Shown: positions 1 to 13,504 of the stretch, one piece after another
Numbering within the stretch: the first letter of the stretch is position 1
How the letters are laid out: each line of letters begins with the position of its first letter
Source of the DNA: Squalus acanthias
Taxonomy: Eukaryota
Direction of reading: 5' to 3'
DNA: 64,000 nucleotides
NCBI GenBank assembly: GCA_030390025.1
Contig: CM059432.1
Span: 65,164,001 to 65,228,000, forward strand
Notes under the pieces: model-generated
The model's input: the letters and a program-made list of their open reading frames with translations, nothing else
What the model was told of the DNA's origin: nothing
Database searches by the model: none
Translations under genes and position numbers: made by a program

Positions 1-81
1 TCTGTCAGACAGCCAGTCAGGCAGCACAGCAACAGTCTCAGAATTAAGGGTGATCGTGAAGAGATAAAATTGACTATAAAA

Positions 82-445
82 GAGAAAAGAAAGACATGTC
101 TCTCATGACCTCAGCACATCCTAAAGCCCTTTACAGTCAATGAAGTACTTCTGAAGTGTAGTCACTGTTATAATGTAGGAAATGTGCCAGCCAATTTGCA
201 CACAGCAAGGTCCCACAAAGAGCAATGAGATAATGACCAGATAATTTGTTTTAGTGACATTAGTTGAGGGATAGATATTGGCCAGGAGAGCTCCCCTGCT
301 CTTCTTCAAAATAGTGCCATGGGATCTTCTATGTCCACCTGCGAGGGCAGGCGGGACCTGAGTTTAACATCTCTTCCGAAAGATGGCACCTCCATCAGGC
401 AGCACTTCCCTAGTACTGCAGTGGAGTGTCAGCCGAGATTTTTTA
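82..445 (-). mobile_element. DeuSINE/SacSINE1-like SINE, 5'-truncated
   Basis: Colinear with the full copy at 61341-61749 (cagccaatttgc, gataatgacca, ctcccctgct, aaatagtgcca, gtgtcagcc); the tRNA head is missing. Family name is from recall. Confidence 0.8.
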
Positions 446-585
446 CTAGTCAGCATGCATATGAAAGCTGAGCTCTTGCTTAGAGATAAATTTGAAGAGA
501 TGCAGCGTATCTATGAGGAATAGCACAAGGACAGGAATGGAACTTTGGCACACACTAGAGGTGGCCATGTGGCATGGCAAGAGAA

Positions 586-1690
586 TCTAATCTACAGAAC
601 AAACGGGAAACTGTTCAACTTCCATCGCCTCCAGTCCAGATCCAAATTCATCCCATCCTCTGTCATCAAATTACAGTATGCAGACGACGCTTGCGTCTGC
701 GCACACTCGGAGGTCGAACTCCAAACCATCATCAACACCTTCACCGAAGCGTACGAGAGCATGGGCCTTACACTAAACATCCGTAAGACAAAGGTCCTCT
801 ACCAACCTGCCCCCGCCACACAGTACTGCCCCCTGATTATCAAAATCCACGATGAGGCCTTGGACAACCTGGACCACTTTCCATACCTCGGGAGCCTACT
901 GTCAACAAGGGCAGACGTCGATGACGAAGTTCAACACTGCCTTCAGAGTGCCAGTGCAGCCTTCGGTCGCCTGAGGAAGAGAGTGTTTGAAGACCAGGAC
1001 TTCAAACCTGGCACCAAGCTCATGGTCTACAGTGCAGTAGTGATACCCGCCCTCCTGTATGCTTCAGAGACATGGACCATGTACAGCAGGCACCTCAAAG
1101 CACTAGAGAGGTACCACCAATGCTGCCTCCGCAAGATCCTGCAAATCCACTGGCAGGATAGGCGCACCAACATCAGTGTTCTCGCTCAGGCCAACATCCC
1201 CAGCATCGAAGCTGTGACCACGCTCAATCAACATCGATGGATGGGCCACATCGTCTGCATGGCCGATACGAGACTCCCAAAACAAGCGCTCTACTCAGAG
1301 CTCTGACACGGCAAGAGAGCCCCAAGTGGGCAGAGGAAGCGCTTCAAGGACACCCTCAAAGCCTCCTTGAATAAGTGCAACATTCCCACCGACACCTGGG
1401 AATCCCTGGCCCAAGACCACACAAAGTGGAGGAGAAGCATCCAGGAAGGCGCCGAACACCTCGAGTCTCTTCGCCGGGAGCAAGCGGAAGCCAAGCGCAA
1501 ACAGCAGAAGGAGCGCACATCAACCCAAGCACCCCACCCACCCGCCCCTTCAACCACCGTCTGCCCCACCTGTGACAGAGACTGTAGGTCCTGCATTGAA
1601 CTCATCAGTCACCTGAGAACTCATTTTTAGTGTGGAAGCAAGTCATCCTCGGTTCCAAGGGACTGCCTAAGAAGAAGAGAAGAAGAAGAA
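586..1690 (+). mobile_element. RTE-clade non-LTR retrotransposon, 5'-truncated
   Basis: RT motifs YRTNGKLFN...LQYADD and FPYLGS; C-terminal CPTC...HLRTH zinc-finger-like motif; one in-frame TGA at 1304; (GAA)n 3' tail at about 1669-1690. Confidence 0.88.
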
Positions 1691-2750
1691 GAAAGCTGAG
1701 CTCATGCTTAGAGATAAACTTGATGAGATGCAGCATATCTATGAGGAACAGCACAAGGACAGGGATGGAACTTTGGGACACACTAGAGCTGGCCACGTGG
1801 CATGTCAAGAGAAGCCATTGCAGGAGACACGCTGGTACCAGTGGAACAATTAGAAATGGAAGCATGTGTGGGCAATATCATGGAGGTGGACCACAGCGGG
1901 GAAGTGATGGAGGAGGACAGTGTAGTCGACTGTGTTCAATGCTGCAGAGAGTCGAAGAGGAGGAGGAATTATAACATACCGTGGTGACAGGCACATGGAA
2001 TATCATTGGTGACTTTGACTAGGGTGGTCTCAGTGCTGTGGGCATTTTGGAAAACTAACTGAAGGAATTTGAAGAGGGCAATGGTGGGAGAGGTGCACAT
2101 TGAATTGGTTGGGAGCAACATGTTCCAGAATCTTACAGAGGAAAAGGAGGTTGAGTTGGAGTGTTAGTTGGAAAGGACTTTTTTTTTTTAAAAACAGGGT
2201 GATTATAGCAACTTTGAAAGGGGGTGGGAAACAATAGCTGAAGAGAGGGAGCAGTTGACAATGTCAGGGATTATTGGTCTGAAGAGGAGCAGTTGAGTAA
2301 TCCAGAGCCAGGAAGGGATCAAGGGAGCACAAGTTGAATCTCACCGAGGAGATGAATCTGGTAAGGGCTGCAGTGGAAATAAGGAGATGTTAGACTATTA
2401 TGAGATTCGAGTTGGAGTGGAGGGTGGGCTGTGCGTGGTCAGGCATGGTAGACAGGCTGTAGGAGAGACAGGCCGCTGAGTGGATAGTATCAATTTTGTA
2501 GACAAAGAAATGCATCAGCTCCTTGCATCTGGTATCTAGAAAGGGCAGGGGAGGGAGCACAAAAGAAGCAGTTTGTAGGGGAGGAAAGGAGTTTGGGATT
2601 TCCTTTGCCTTCTTGGATCAGCCTGGATTAATAGAATGATTTGACTTTGCAGAAGCAGAAGCAATATTTTTTTCAGTTGGTTGAGCCAGGTCTGGTGATG
2701 GCCAATTAGGCTGATCATGTGCTGTTTGGGGATGAGCCTGCAGCCCTCAG
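1691..2750 (-). mobile_element. Old degraded L2 LINE (RT region); its first 123 bp are duplicated at 463-585
   Basis: The minus strand at about 1900-1970 reads as a degraded LLL.D.SAA.NTVD.TVLL, the L2 RT motif LDLSAAFDTVDH. The right boundary is approximate. Confidence 0.65.
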
Positions 2751-3989
2751 ATTAGTGGACATCAAAGTAATAATGAAGATTCTGGCTTTGGTTAATGGAA
2801 ATTGGACTAAATCAAATCTCTGCAGTCAGCCAAAGTAATCATTATTAATCAAAATGCACCATGCATACTCGCTGTTACAAGTCTCAGGTCTGCCTTTAAT
2901 ATTCCTTTCTCTCTCCAAAGAATGCCCATACTGCCCAATATCTAATTATAAAATAACATAACCCAGGGTTATAATGACAGGACCTCTTTGTGATCTGAAC
3001 TGGATATAGTGTCTTTCACACGCGCCCTCACGTGCACTTCTCCAAACTTTCCGAAGGTGGATTGAGAGACAGTTGGTAAGATGAGGTCAGATATGAATCA
3101 TGAAATTGCTTTATTTCACAGACAGTAAATTAACATGCAGAGTAACAGTCAAATCCACTTAATTCGCTCAATCTCACTTCTCTCCTCAAAAAAAACACAT
3201 GCCCTGCCCTTTTTATGGAATGACTTACCTATTTTTGCAAACTTTAAAAAAAAAGACAATTTCTAACTGCAAAACCTGATCTCTTGTAATTTTAGCTTCC
3301 AGCTTCAGGCCCCAGGCCTGCACTTGCAGTCCCTTGTTTAAAACCTGACTGCCCATGTATCAATGGAAATGACAATTGGCCGGCTTTTACAACTGAAGGC
3401 CGAACCGTAACCCCAGTTTTACACACGGGAGGCAAGTTGGAAATCTACCCCGATATTTATTCAGTTCATTTTGAAAGAGTTAATTAACATAGCTGGGATT
3501 CTGTCTATATACACTGTCAGAAACCAGGCACATCTTCATCCTAATCACTAGGCAGTTGAGAATACTTCCTTCCTCACCACAAGAGACCAAGAAAAAAAGT
3601 CTCTGCTTAATAAAGCAATAAAGGGCAAAATGACTAATGATTGTTTTTTTTTGTAACCTTCTACCTTTTAATATAATTCCTAATCAGGCAGTTACACATC
3701 CAGTATATTGGAGTACAAATGCATTGACACAGCAGAAAATAATAACCGATACATAAGTGTGCGCACTATTTTTTGTTTGCAAAGAGCTTTCAAACTAGGC
3801 TGTATTTTGAGTCTGGTGTATTCTTATGATATATTCTGAGTCATTGTAGAGAAATATATTTCAGATTGTGGAGGTATCTGGTACCCATTAACTGTCACAT
3901 CTATCTCTTCAGTTACACCGTGTGGACATGGATGGTATTGAAATGAGCATGCTTCCAGTATTATTTCAGGATGTGCCTTGTTACTCATA

Positions 3990-5237
3990 GGTGGGAATTT
4001 TAACTCAAAAAACCAGGTGGGTTGGGGGCATGTGGGAAGTTAAAGTGTTAAAAATCAGAATCCCGGCCAGAACCTGCCCACTTATGGCGTTAATGGAGGC
4101 GGGATGGGGGGTGGGCAGCCAACCTGCTGCCAGGAGATAAGTCGCACATTTAAATATTATAATGAGGCTGTCGTGCCTCAGATTCAACCTCCATTTAAAA
4201 TTAAACTGTACCTGGTCGGGTTTTGCAGGCCTCATGAAACCTGCCAGCTAAAGTAATGAGAGGACTGCTGGATCTAGGAGGTAATTGCCTTTACACTAAC
4301 CTCCTGGATCCAGCGTCCCTGCCTAACCCAACCCTGCGATCGGAGACCCCCTCCCAGGCTTCCGATTCCCCCCCCCACCCCACCACAGGCCTCCCCGGCA
4401 CCATGCTCCTCTGGCCTTCCAATGTTGTCTGCTTCTGCTCCCCTGTTCCTCCTGGCCCCCGGTGTTCCTCCTGGCCTCCGGTGTTCCTCCTGGCCCCCGG
4501 TGTTCCTCCTGGCCTCCGGTGTTCCTCCTGGCCTCCGGTGTTCCTCCTGGCCCCCGGTGTTCCTCCTGGCCCCCGGTATTCCTCCTGGCCCCCGGTGTTC
4601 CTCCTGGCCCCCGGTGTTCCTCCTGGCCTCCGGTGTTCCTCCTGGCCCCCGGTGTTCCTCCTGGCTCCCGGTGTTCCTCCTGGCCCCCGGTGTTCCTCCT
4701 GGCTCCCGGTGTTCCTCCTGGCCTCCGGTGTTCCTCCTGGCCCCCGGTGTTCCTCCTGGCCCCTGGTGTTCCTCCTGGCTCCCGGTGTTCCTCCTGGCCC
4801 CCGGTGTTCCTCCTGGCCCTCCGATGATGGTCTAAACCTCACCTCTACCGCTCCACCGGCCCCCGATCTGCCGCTCCGACCCTCCCTCTGCTCCTTCGGC
4901 CCCCAATCTTCATCTCCGCCCCCCCAATCGGTCCCAACCGCCCTCCTGCTCCTCCAGCCCTCTGATTGGTCCCGCCCCCCCCCCACCGCTCCTTCGATCA
5001 GTCCCGACACCTCCCCGCCCCTGCTCCTCCAGCCCCCCGACCAACCCCTTGCCACCCTCCTCTCTGCCACAGGCTTACCCACTGTGGGTGGGAACAGAGG
5101 TTTTCAATGCAAATCATACCGTGCTGTTAAATTCGGCTGGGCCTGCGGGAAACTCTTTCTCCCAGGTTTCCCGACCTCTTCCGAGCACCCCCTCCCCTCC
5201 CCCGCTCCCAACCCGCCAAACTATTAAAATTCAGGCC
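3990..5237. mobile_element. Harbinger-type non-autonomous element (MITE) containing a minisatellite
   Basis: Termini GGTGGGAATTTTAA and TTAAAATTCAGGCC form an imperfect TIR; ATA is duplicated at 3987-3989 and 5238-5240. Confidence 0.72.
4444..4821. repeat. 19-bp minisatellite, about 20 units (CCTGGCCCCCGGTGTTCCT)
   Basis: 19 complete units span 4451-4811, with partial units on each side. Variants occur mainly in the C5 run (CCCCC/CCTCC/CTCCC/CCCCT). Confidence 0.97.
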
Positions 5238-6093
5238 ATAGTTTCACTCAACTTGGCCAAGCTGCTGAGGTCATTAAAATGTTTATGGCATTTTGTGGGG
5301 TGGATGATGTGGTACTGACTGCCTGTGGGCTGCATGGTCACATTCCTCCATATTTCCTGCAACACCATTTTTTGGGGCTTCCTGTCTCATCTTCCAAATA
5401 ACTTTGCAGATATTACACTTATCTCTGCCAACATCACCTTCACAGAAACATACAAGAGTTATGTGGCCCTGACCACTGCAGACGTCCCTGATGCTGGTGC
5501 ACCTTCTGCCATTCCCCTCTCACTCTCACTCTGCCTCCTTAACAATTAGATTGTCTTTTGGCCCTTTGAGCTGCAGCAGCTTTTTTAACTGCTGCAGCCA
5601 AACTCTATTTCCCTCCATCCCAACAGTGAGATTCCCAACTTAAACCTGCCCTGCTCCCCCACAAAAATAAAGTTGAGTGCCGGCAACATCAGATGGGTGG
5701 ACAGTAGTCCTGCCTTGCCATGTTTCCAACTGGCCAAGGAAAGTCCAGCCCTAATTGACCCTTCGTTTAATGTTCACTTACAGGCCATGTTCTGCTCCCA
5801 CCAATAGTTTACTCCCTACACATATTCAAATCTGTAGTTGAAGCTGTGCACATGAGGTAAATTGGGTATTCAATTCCATTTGAGTCTTTTAGTAATTTGT
5901 GTCTAAACTATTCCCAAAACTTAAAATCTGGGCTGACAAAAGTCACCAAAATGCAAAAATACTTCAATGGGTTGAAAGTATTTGGTCTGATATTAGTAAT
6001 GAATGTGTTAATAAACATTAAAAGTATTTCATAAAAATGCACTAATAAATTTTATAGGAACACTTTATTCTTTCTTCACTAATAATTATATTA

Positions 6094-7858
6094 ATAATGG
6101 GGAACGGGGAAATGGCAGAGACGCTGAACAAATATTTTGTATCTGTCTTCATGGTAGAAGACACTAACAACATCCCAATAATGGATAATCAAGGGGCCAC
6201 AGGGAGGGGGGAACTAAAGACAATCACTATCACTAAGGAAATAGTACTTGGTAAAATAATGGGACTAAAAGATGACAAGTCCCCTGGACCAGATGGCTTG
6301 CATCCCAGGGTCTTAAAAGAAGTGGCTGCAGAGATAGTAGATGCATTGGTTGCAATATACCAAAATTCCCTGGACTCTGGAGAGGTCCCAGCGGATTGGA
6401 AAACTGCAAATGTAACACCCCTATTTAAGAAATGAGGGAGACAGAAAGCAGGAAACTATAGACCAGTTAGCCTAACATCTGTCATTGGGAAAATGCTGGA
6501 GTCCTTCATTAAGGAAGCAGTAGCAGGGCATTTGGAAAATCATAATGCAGTCAAGCAGAGTCAGCATGGTTTTATGAAAGGGAAATCATGTTTAACAAAC
6601 TTGCTGGAGTTCTTTGAGGAGGTATTGAGCAGGGTGGACAAAGGTGAACCAGTGGATGTGGTGTATTTGGATTTCCAGAAGGCATTTGATAAGGTGCCAC
6701 ATAAAAGGTTACTGCATAAGATAAGAGCTCATGAAATTGGGGGTAATATATTAACATGGATAGAGAATTGGCTAACTAACAGAAAGCAGAGAGTCGGGAT
6801 AAATGGGTCATTTTCCAGGTGGCAAACGGTAACTAGTGGGGTGCCACAGGGATCGGTGCTGGGGCCTCAACTATTTACAATCTACATTAATGACTTGGAT
6901 AAAGGGACCGAGTGTAATGTAACCAATTTTGCGGATGAGACAAAGATGGGTGGGAAAGCAAGTTGTGCAGAGGACTCAAAGAACCTGCAAAGGGATATAG
7001 ACAGGCTAAGTGAGTAGGCAAACATTTGGCAGATGGAGTATAATACGGGAAAGTGCGAGGTTATACACTTTGGCAGGAAAAATAAAAATAAAAAATTATT
7101 ATTTAAATGGAGAGAGATTACAAAATGCTACAGTTCAGAGGGACCTGGGTGTCCTTGAGCATGAAACACAAAAAGTTAGCATGCAGGTACAGCAAGTAAT
7201 CAAAAAGGCAAATGGAATGTTGGCCTTTATTTCAAAGGGGTTGGAGTATAAAAGCAGGGAAATCCTGCTACAACTGTACAGGGTATTGGTGAGACCACAC
7301 CTTGAGTACTGCGTACAGTTTTGGTCTCCTTATTTAAGGAAGGATATACTTGCATTGGAGGCAGTTCAGAGATGATTCACTAGGTTAATTCCAGAGATGA
7401 GGGGTTTGACTTATGAGGAAAGGTTGAGCAGGCTGGGCCTATACTCATTGGAATTTAGAAGAATGAGAGGTGATCTTATTGAAACATATAAGATACTGAG
7501 GGGGCACGACAAGGTAGATGCAGAAAGGATGTTTCCCCTCGTGGGGAAATCTAGAACACGGGGGCACAGTTTTAGAATAAAGGGTCGCCCTTTTAGAACT
7601 GAGATGAGAAGGAATTTCTTCTCTCAGAGGGTTGTAAATCTGTGGAATTCTCTGCCCCAGAGAGCTGTGGAGGCTGGGTCATTAAATACATTTAAGGTGG
7701 AGATAGACAAATTTTTGCAAGATAAGGGAGTGAAGGGTTATGGGGAACGGGCAGGGAAGTGGCTTTGAGCCCAAGATCAGCCATGATCTTATTGAATGGC
7801 GGAGCAGGCTTGAGGGGCCAAGTGGCCTATTCCTGCTCCTATTTCTTATGTTCTTATG
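6094..7858 (+). mobile_element. CR1 LINE, 5'-truncated and degraded ORF2
   Basis: KSPGPDGLHPRVLKE, QHGFMKGKSCLTNL, YLDFQKAFDKVPH, GVPQGSVLGP, FADET, LEYCVQFWSP; several stops and frameshifts; (TTCTTATG)n-type tail. Confidence 0.95.
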
Positions 7859-8065
7859 TAATATTGCTCAGTGTGATTTCTGATCAAAAGAAAAAGCTGT
7901 AAACAAAAATTAAAAACAAACTAACATGGGATCAGCAGAGCATGAGAAGTACTTCAACTCTGTGGTCAACCTCTAAAATGTCTGCAATACGATTGTTTTA
8001 TTATGTTTATTGTTATCTACCACTGCCACATCACATATCCTCTATTCATTTTAAAAGTGTCCTAC

Positions 8066-8200
8066 CTGTCACCATCCCGCAGCCTTTTGAACTGCGTTAC
8101 AAACAGACACATGAGGGTGGGTCCCACTCTTGTACCAGGAATTATATCTTCGACCATCAGTGCAGGCCACAGGTCAATATTTTGTGGTGTACCATACAAC
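8066..8200 (-). CDS. PXDNL: Peroxidasin-like protein, internal exon (C-terminal part of the peroxidase domain)
   Basis: Acceptor attatttcag|G and donor GACAG|gtagg; 135 nt, phase 2-2. Translates (R)[44 protein letters not shown](R). I did not find the next expected exon (FWYENPG...) in 1-8065. Confidence 0.93.
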
Positions 8201-10607
8201 CTGAAATAATTTTTTTGAAAGTTTGACATCAAACAGTGTAATGCATAACTGGATGAATGTTTCATACAATATATTATATGGTTAAAAGTCTTGCATCTAG
8301 TGCATGCCAGCTGTGTCATACCTTTCAAAGGCATCACACCTCAGTTCAAGATGTCACATATTCATTGGGCAAAAATGACCAATTAGCAGCAAAAAATAGT
8401 GATTGGCTGAATTAAGGATTTATCTGTTGAGTTATCAATTAAATATCTTATTGAATAAACCTGGACAAATCAAAAGCAGTTTGATTCAGTCACTACTGAT
8501 GGATTTTACAGGCTGTACAATCACCCTGAACAACCATTCTTTCCCTATTTGAACAACTACTGATTCAATTTTAACAAATAATTTGCAGAATATTGCCTAA
8601 TATGCTAAAACTTGGGCGAACATTTTTTTTTCAAAGCTACCAATCCTGAACTGATAGCTTGCAAAAACTGATCAATCAAATAATTTTCTGACATTGATGT
8701 GAGCTGCCATCTTGAATTTTTCAGCTAGCTAAAAATATACGCACATAAGCAATATTTATTACATCATAATACAAGAATTCCATACAAAGTCAACAAATTA
8801 GCTTATTTTTACTTGGCATTATCTGTCTATTCTTCTAAGTGTTTAGAAAACATTTTCTTGCAGAGGCCTACCCTTACATTGGGACCACGGATCTCAAATT
8901 GAAGTACTTACTTTACGCACATCCTCATCATGTTTGCTTATATATCAACAGTGACTGTATTTCAAATGTAATTTACTGATTACGGAGCGCTTTGGAACTG
9001 CTTGTGATGTGTGGGCTGGTGTTGGGGATATGGAAGTAGTGGAGCAGTGTGCATTTCCCGTGAAAGAATTTGGAAAGAATTTTAAGACCTCTGTGCAGAG
9101 ACAATGAAGGAAGTTTTTGAATTCTCAGTATGAACAAAATGAAGTGAAGGTGTTTTAATTACCAATCTAGCTTTCTGTCCTCTTCTTTCAGCAACCTCTC
9201 CCTCTCAACGAAAATAATAAATGAAATTTTAACTTAAAAAACACTTGTAAAATGAATCCTCCAGCTTTTTTTCAAGAACTGTTTCCAGTTCACAGAAAGG
9301 CTCACGCTAATATATGCTGGGAGATTCTCCACAATGCAAGCATCCAACTGCGGCATCTTGGGAACGGCAGGCAGAGCAGTAGTGGGCAACTACATACAGC
9401 TGACAGTGCGACATCTTTGGGAAGAATATCAATACCAAACCCAGGCTTTCGAGAGAAGCTGAGGCCTCTATATAAAAACATTAGTAAAGATACTTAAAGA
9501 CACAAAGGACAAAGTTATGTTATTGTGAAATATATATTTTTTATTTCATGATTTGACCCCGGATATTTGAGTTGTGGGGAAGATAAATGAGCAATGAAAA
9601 ATGTTTTGAGCAGTTAGGTTGATTCAGTTTCTGGTTTTTTTTGTTTGGTAGATTTTCCTGACTTGCCATAGTTACCGTGTTCTGGTCTGTTGTACACAAT
9701 TTTACCTAAGCAGCAGAATAAAACATTGCGTTATATGATGTAATGCACCTGTCACCATAAAATAGCAGTCCATTTGACTTACTGGCCGGGCTTTCTGCAA
9801 AGCTGATGCCTTGGCAGATCTTAAGGGGGAGGCCATTTTCACTCACTAAAAGTATGCACCACTGACCCCAAGGTGTTTTCTGGGGGCAGTTAATTTGCAT
9901 ATCGGTGGACTCCCATTGGACATCTACCAGACATTGGCCAGGAATGCAGAGGAATGGTAGGCATTCATGGCCGGAGACACAATTTAAAGAACTGAATGCA
10001 GAGCAACATAAGCCAAGGGAGTCAGATGGAGAGGATGGTCAATCAAGACAGGAGGGAGAAGGTCTGCAAATTTCACTGAGGCGGGGTGTGCGGGGGCGGG
10101 GGCGCAGTGAGATGTACTGCTGGGAAGTGAGCAGAAGAAAGGAGACCTTATGCAGCACCATACAATCCTGTGTTCATTTGTGCCTCTTCCTGCCCTCTTC
10201 TACTTCTCCAGCAGAGTGGATAGCCCAACTACTGTGAACATCACAGGACATTTGCTGGCATTTAATTTTCATAAATACATCATATGACATCCAAACAATT
10301 GAAAATAGATACAAATCTCCTTATACAAGTTTATCAGAATGAAACTCTAATATTAATTTAGGTGTATGCTGAACAAGACACTAACTCGGATTTTGCATTG
10401 AAAATAACGGTGAGGCTAACAGCACTCACCTTTACTATGGAGTAAATCAGACAGCGAATTCTTGAGTACGCACATGCACAGTTAAACGCGGAAATCCGGA
10501 AGTTGCGGTCCGAGTTACCCTGCTCGTCCACAGGCTGCGCTATAACAGTGCCTCATCGATAGACTTGGCATTGCAATCAATGTAAGGGCGTGAAGTTGCT
10601 GTACTTA

Positions 10608-12307
10608 AGAACATAACAATTAGGAGCAGGAGTAGGCCATTCGGCCCTTTGAGCCTGCTCCACCATTCAATAAGATCATGGCTGATCTTTTATCTCAACT
10701 CCACTTTCCCGCCCTATCCACATATCCCTTGAGTCCCTTAGTATCTAAAAATATATTGCTCTCTGTCTTGCATATACTCAACGACTGAGCATCCACAGCA
10801 CTCTGGGGTATGAAATTCCAAAGATTAACAACTCTTTAAGTGAAGAAATTTCTCCTCATCACAGTCGTAAATGGCCGACCCCTTATTCTGAGACTATGAC
10901 CCCTAGTTCTAAACTTCCCAGCTAGGGGAGACATCGTCCCAGTATCTACCCTGTCAAGCCCTGTAAGAATTTTAATGTTACAATGAGATCACCTCTCATT
11001 TTTCTAAACTCTAGGGAATATAGGCCAAGTCTACACAATCTCTCCTCATAGAACAATCCCCTCATCCCAGGGATCAATCTAGTGAACCTTTATTGCACTG
11101 CCTCTAAAGCAAATATATCCTTCCTCAGATAAGGAGAACAAAACTGTACACAGTACTCCAGGTGTGGTCTCACCATGTCCCTTTATAATTGCAGTAGGAC
11201 TTCTTTACTGTTATACTTCAATTCCTTTGTAATAAAGACTAAGATACCATTTTCCTTCCTAATTGCTTGCTGTACCTGCATGTTAACTTTCTGTGATTCG
11301 TGTATAAGGACACCAACATTTCTCTGAATACTAACATTTCCTAGTCCCTCACCTTTTAAAAAATATTCTGCTTTTTTATTTTTCTGACCAAAGTGGATAA
11401 CTTTCACATTTCTCCACATTATATTCCATCTGTCACGTTCTTGCTGACTCATTTAACTGTCTATATCCTTTTGCAGCCTCTTTGCGTCCTCCTCACTGAT
11501 AACTTTCCCACCTAGCTTTGCAACATCAGCAAACTTGGATACATTACACTCGGTCCCCTCATCTAAATCATTGATATGGACTGTAAATAGCTGAGGCCCA
11601 AGCACTGATCCTTGAAGACAGATATAAAGTATTAATTTAATATCTCTGCCAATTCCTTATAACCCATTATGATTTCTCCAGTCTCCGCCTCTAAGGGACC
11701 CACATTTAATTTTACTAATCTCTTCCTTTTTACATACCTATAGAAGCTTTTACAATCTGTTTGATGTCTCTTGCTAGTTTACTCTCTTATTCTATTTTCT
11801 CTCTCTTTATCAATTTCTTGGTCATCATTTGCTGAATTCTAAAATCCTCCCAATCCTCAGGCTTTCTGCTCTTTTTGACAACATTATATGCCTCTTCCTT
11901 TAATCTAATACTATCTTTAACTTCTCTGGTTAGCCACGGTTGGACCACTTTTCCCGTGTGGTTTTAATTCCTTAAGGGAATGCATTTGCGTTGTGAATTA
12001 TGAATTATTTCTTTAAATATTTGCCATTGCTTATCTACTGTCATTTTTTAAATCTGGTTTCCAAATCTACCATAGCCAACTCACCCTCATATCAATGTGG
12101 TTTGATTTGTTCAGATTTAAGACCCTAGTTTCAGACTTAACGAAATCACTCTCAAACTCAATATAAAATTCTAGAATATTATGATCACTCTTCCCCAGAG
12201 GCTCCTTTACTACAATGTAATGAATTAACCCTGTCTCAATACTAGATCTAAAATAGCCTGTTCACTAGTTGGTTCCTCAGCATATTGATCTAGAAAACTA
12301 TCTTGAA
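10608..12307 (-). mobile_element. CR1 LINE with an internal deletion of the RT region
   Basis: CR1 3' tail at 10608; ORF2 C-terminal remnants (VIHFGQKN...MQVQQAIRK). The sequence jumps at about 11613 from the GSVLGP region to upstream sequence. Possible 8-bp TSD tgtactta/tgcactta. Confidence 0.9.
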
Positions 12308-12769
12308 TGCACTTACTCACTCGTTACCCACTAAACACGGCAGGAAAAGTTAGGGCACTTGCATTCAGGTGTAAGTAAATTTTTAATGGTGTTGTAAGTC
12401 ATAATTACTGCAAATTACTGCCAAACAACCTCTCTGGCACTGAAAATTAAATTTTACAAGTGTGGAGTCTCATTCCTTCAGAATTTAATTAGTGTTGGAG
12501 ATTTTAATTTTATTTTAAGTACTTTTTCTATTTGTCTCTTTTATTTCACTCTCTTATTCCCATCTTTCTTTCCAGTCTTTATTTCTCTTTCTGTAGATTA
12601 ATTAAATCTAATTTATACTTGCTGGTTTATACTTCCTAGTTTAGATGCTGCGTGTCTCAGTGAGGATTCTTCAATCTGATTGGATGCAGAGCCTCGCTGT
12701 TTCTTGGCCTGCTCATTGACACCACAGATGCCCCATAGAAGGTGTCACACTGGATTAGATGCCCGGTAA

Positions 12770-13293
12770 CATCACATTACAGGAAGGATGTGATTGCACT
12801 AGAGAGGGTACAGAGGACATTTACAGGGATGTTGCCAGAACTGGAGAGTTTTAGCTATGAGAAAAGATTGGCTAGGCTGGGTTTGTTTTCTTTGGAACAG
12901 AGGAGGCAGAGGGGAGACTTGATTGAGGTGTATAAAATTGTGAGGGGCCTAGTCAGAGTGAATAGGAAGGACCTATTTCCCTCAGTAGAGAGGTCAATAA
13001 CCAGGGGGCATAGATTTTAAGTAATTGGTAGAAGGCTTAGAGGGGAGTTGAGGAGAACTGTTTTCACCCAGAGGGTGGTGGGGGTCTGGAACTCACTGCC
13101 TGAAAGGGTGGTAGAGGCAGAAACCCTAATCACATTTAAAAAGTACTTGGATATGCACTTGAAGTGCTATAACCTGCAAGGCTACGGACCAAGAGCTGAA
13201 AAGTGGGATTAGGCTGGATAGCTCTTTTTCGGGCGGCAGTGACACAATGGGCCGAATAGCCTCCTTCTGTGCCATCAATTTGTATGATTCTAT
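12770..13293 (+). mobile_element. CR1 LINE 3' fragment, same family as 38797-40924
   Basis: [14 protein letters not shown]...[27 protein letters not shown] tail. Confidence 0.93.
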
Positions 13294-13504
13294 GACAGCA
13301 AGTCTCTGCTCAAAAACCTGCAAATATTTTGTAGACAGCTGTCAGTGTAGTGAACGGCGAGTACCATTCCTTCACTGTAGACCACAAAATCCGGGCCACT
13401 GTCAACTGTTGCGCTGCTTGGGTGAAGTCTTTGTCTCATAATCTAACCTTAGTAGAGTATCCTGTGATGAACAAAATATCTGTATCCTCCTCTTTCAATC
13501 AGTT

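Larger units (their letters stand above)
10383..13397. mobile_element. Harbinger-type MITE split by two CR1 insertions
   Basis: Termini AACTCGGATTTTG and CAAAATCCGGGCC; ACT is duplicated at 10380-10382 and 13398-13400. Non-CR1 segments lie at 10383-10607, 12308-12770 and 13294-13397. Confidence 0.62.

Noticed and set aside
4444..4821. Regular repeat array superficially like a CRISPR array
   Set aside because: The units are head-to-tail with no unique spacers, there are no cas genes, and the context is a eukaryotic intron.
4256..5227. Overlapping ORFs of 323, 263, 137 and 121 aa with repetitive peptides
   Set aside because: They are a by-product of a stop-free 19-bp tandem repeat read in several frames; there is no sign of a real gene.
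1..8065. Next PXDNL exon (FWYENPG...WQDCC) and the VWC-domain exons
   Set aside because: Not found by eye on the minus strand; they presumably lie beyond the window start. This is not evidence that the gene is truncated.
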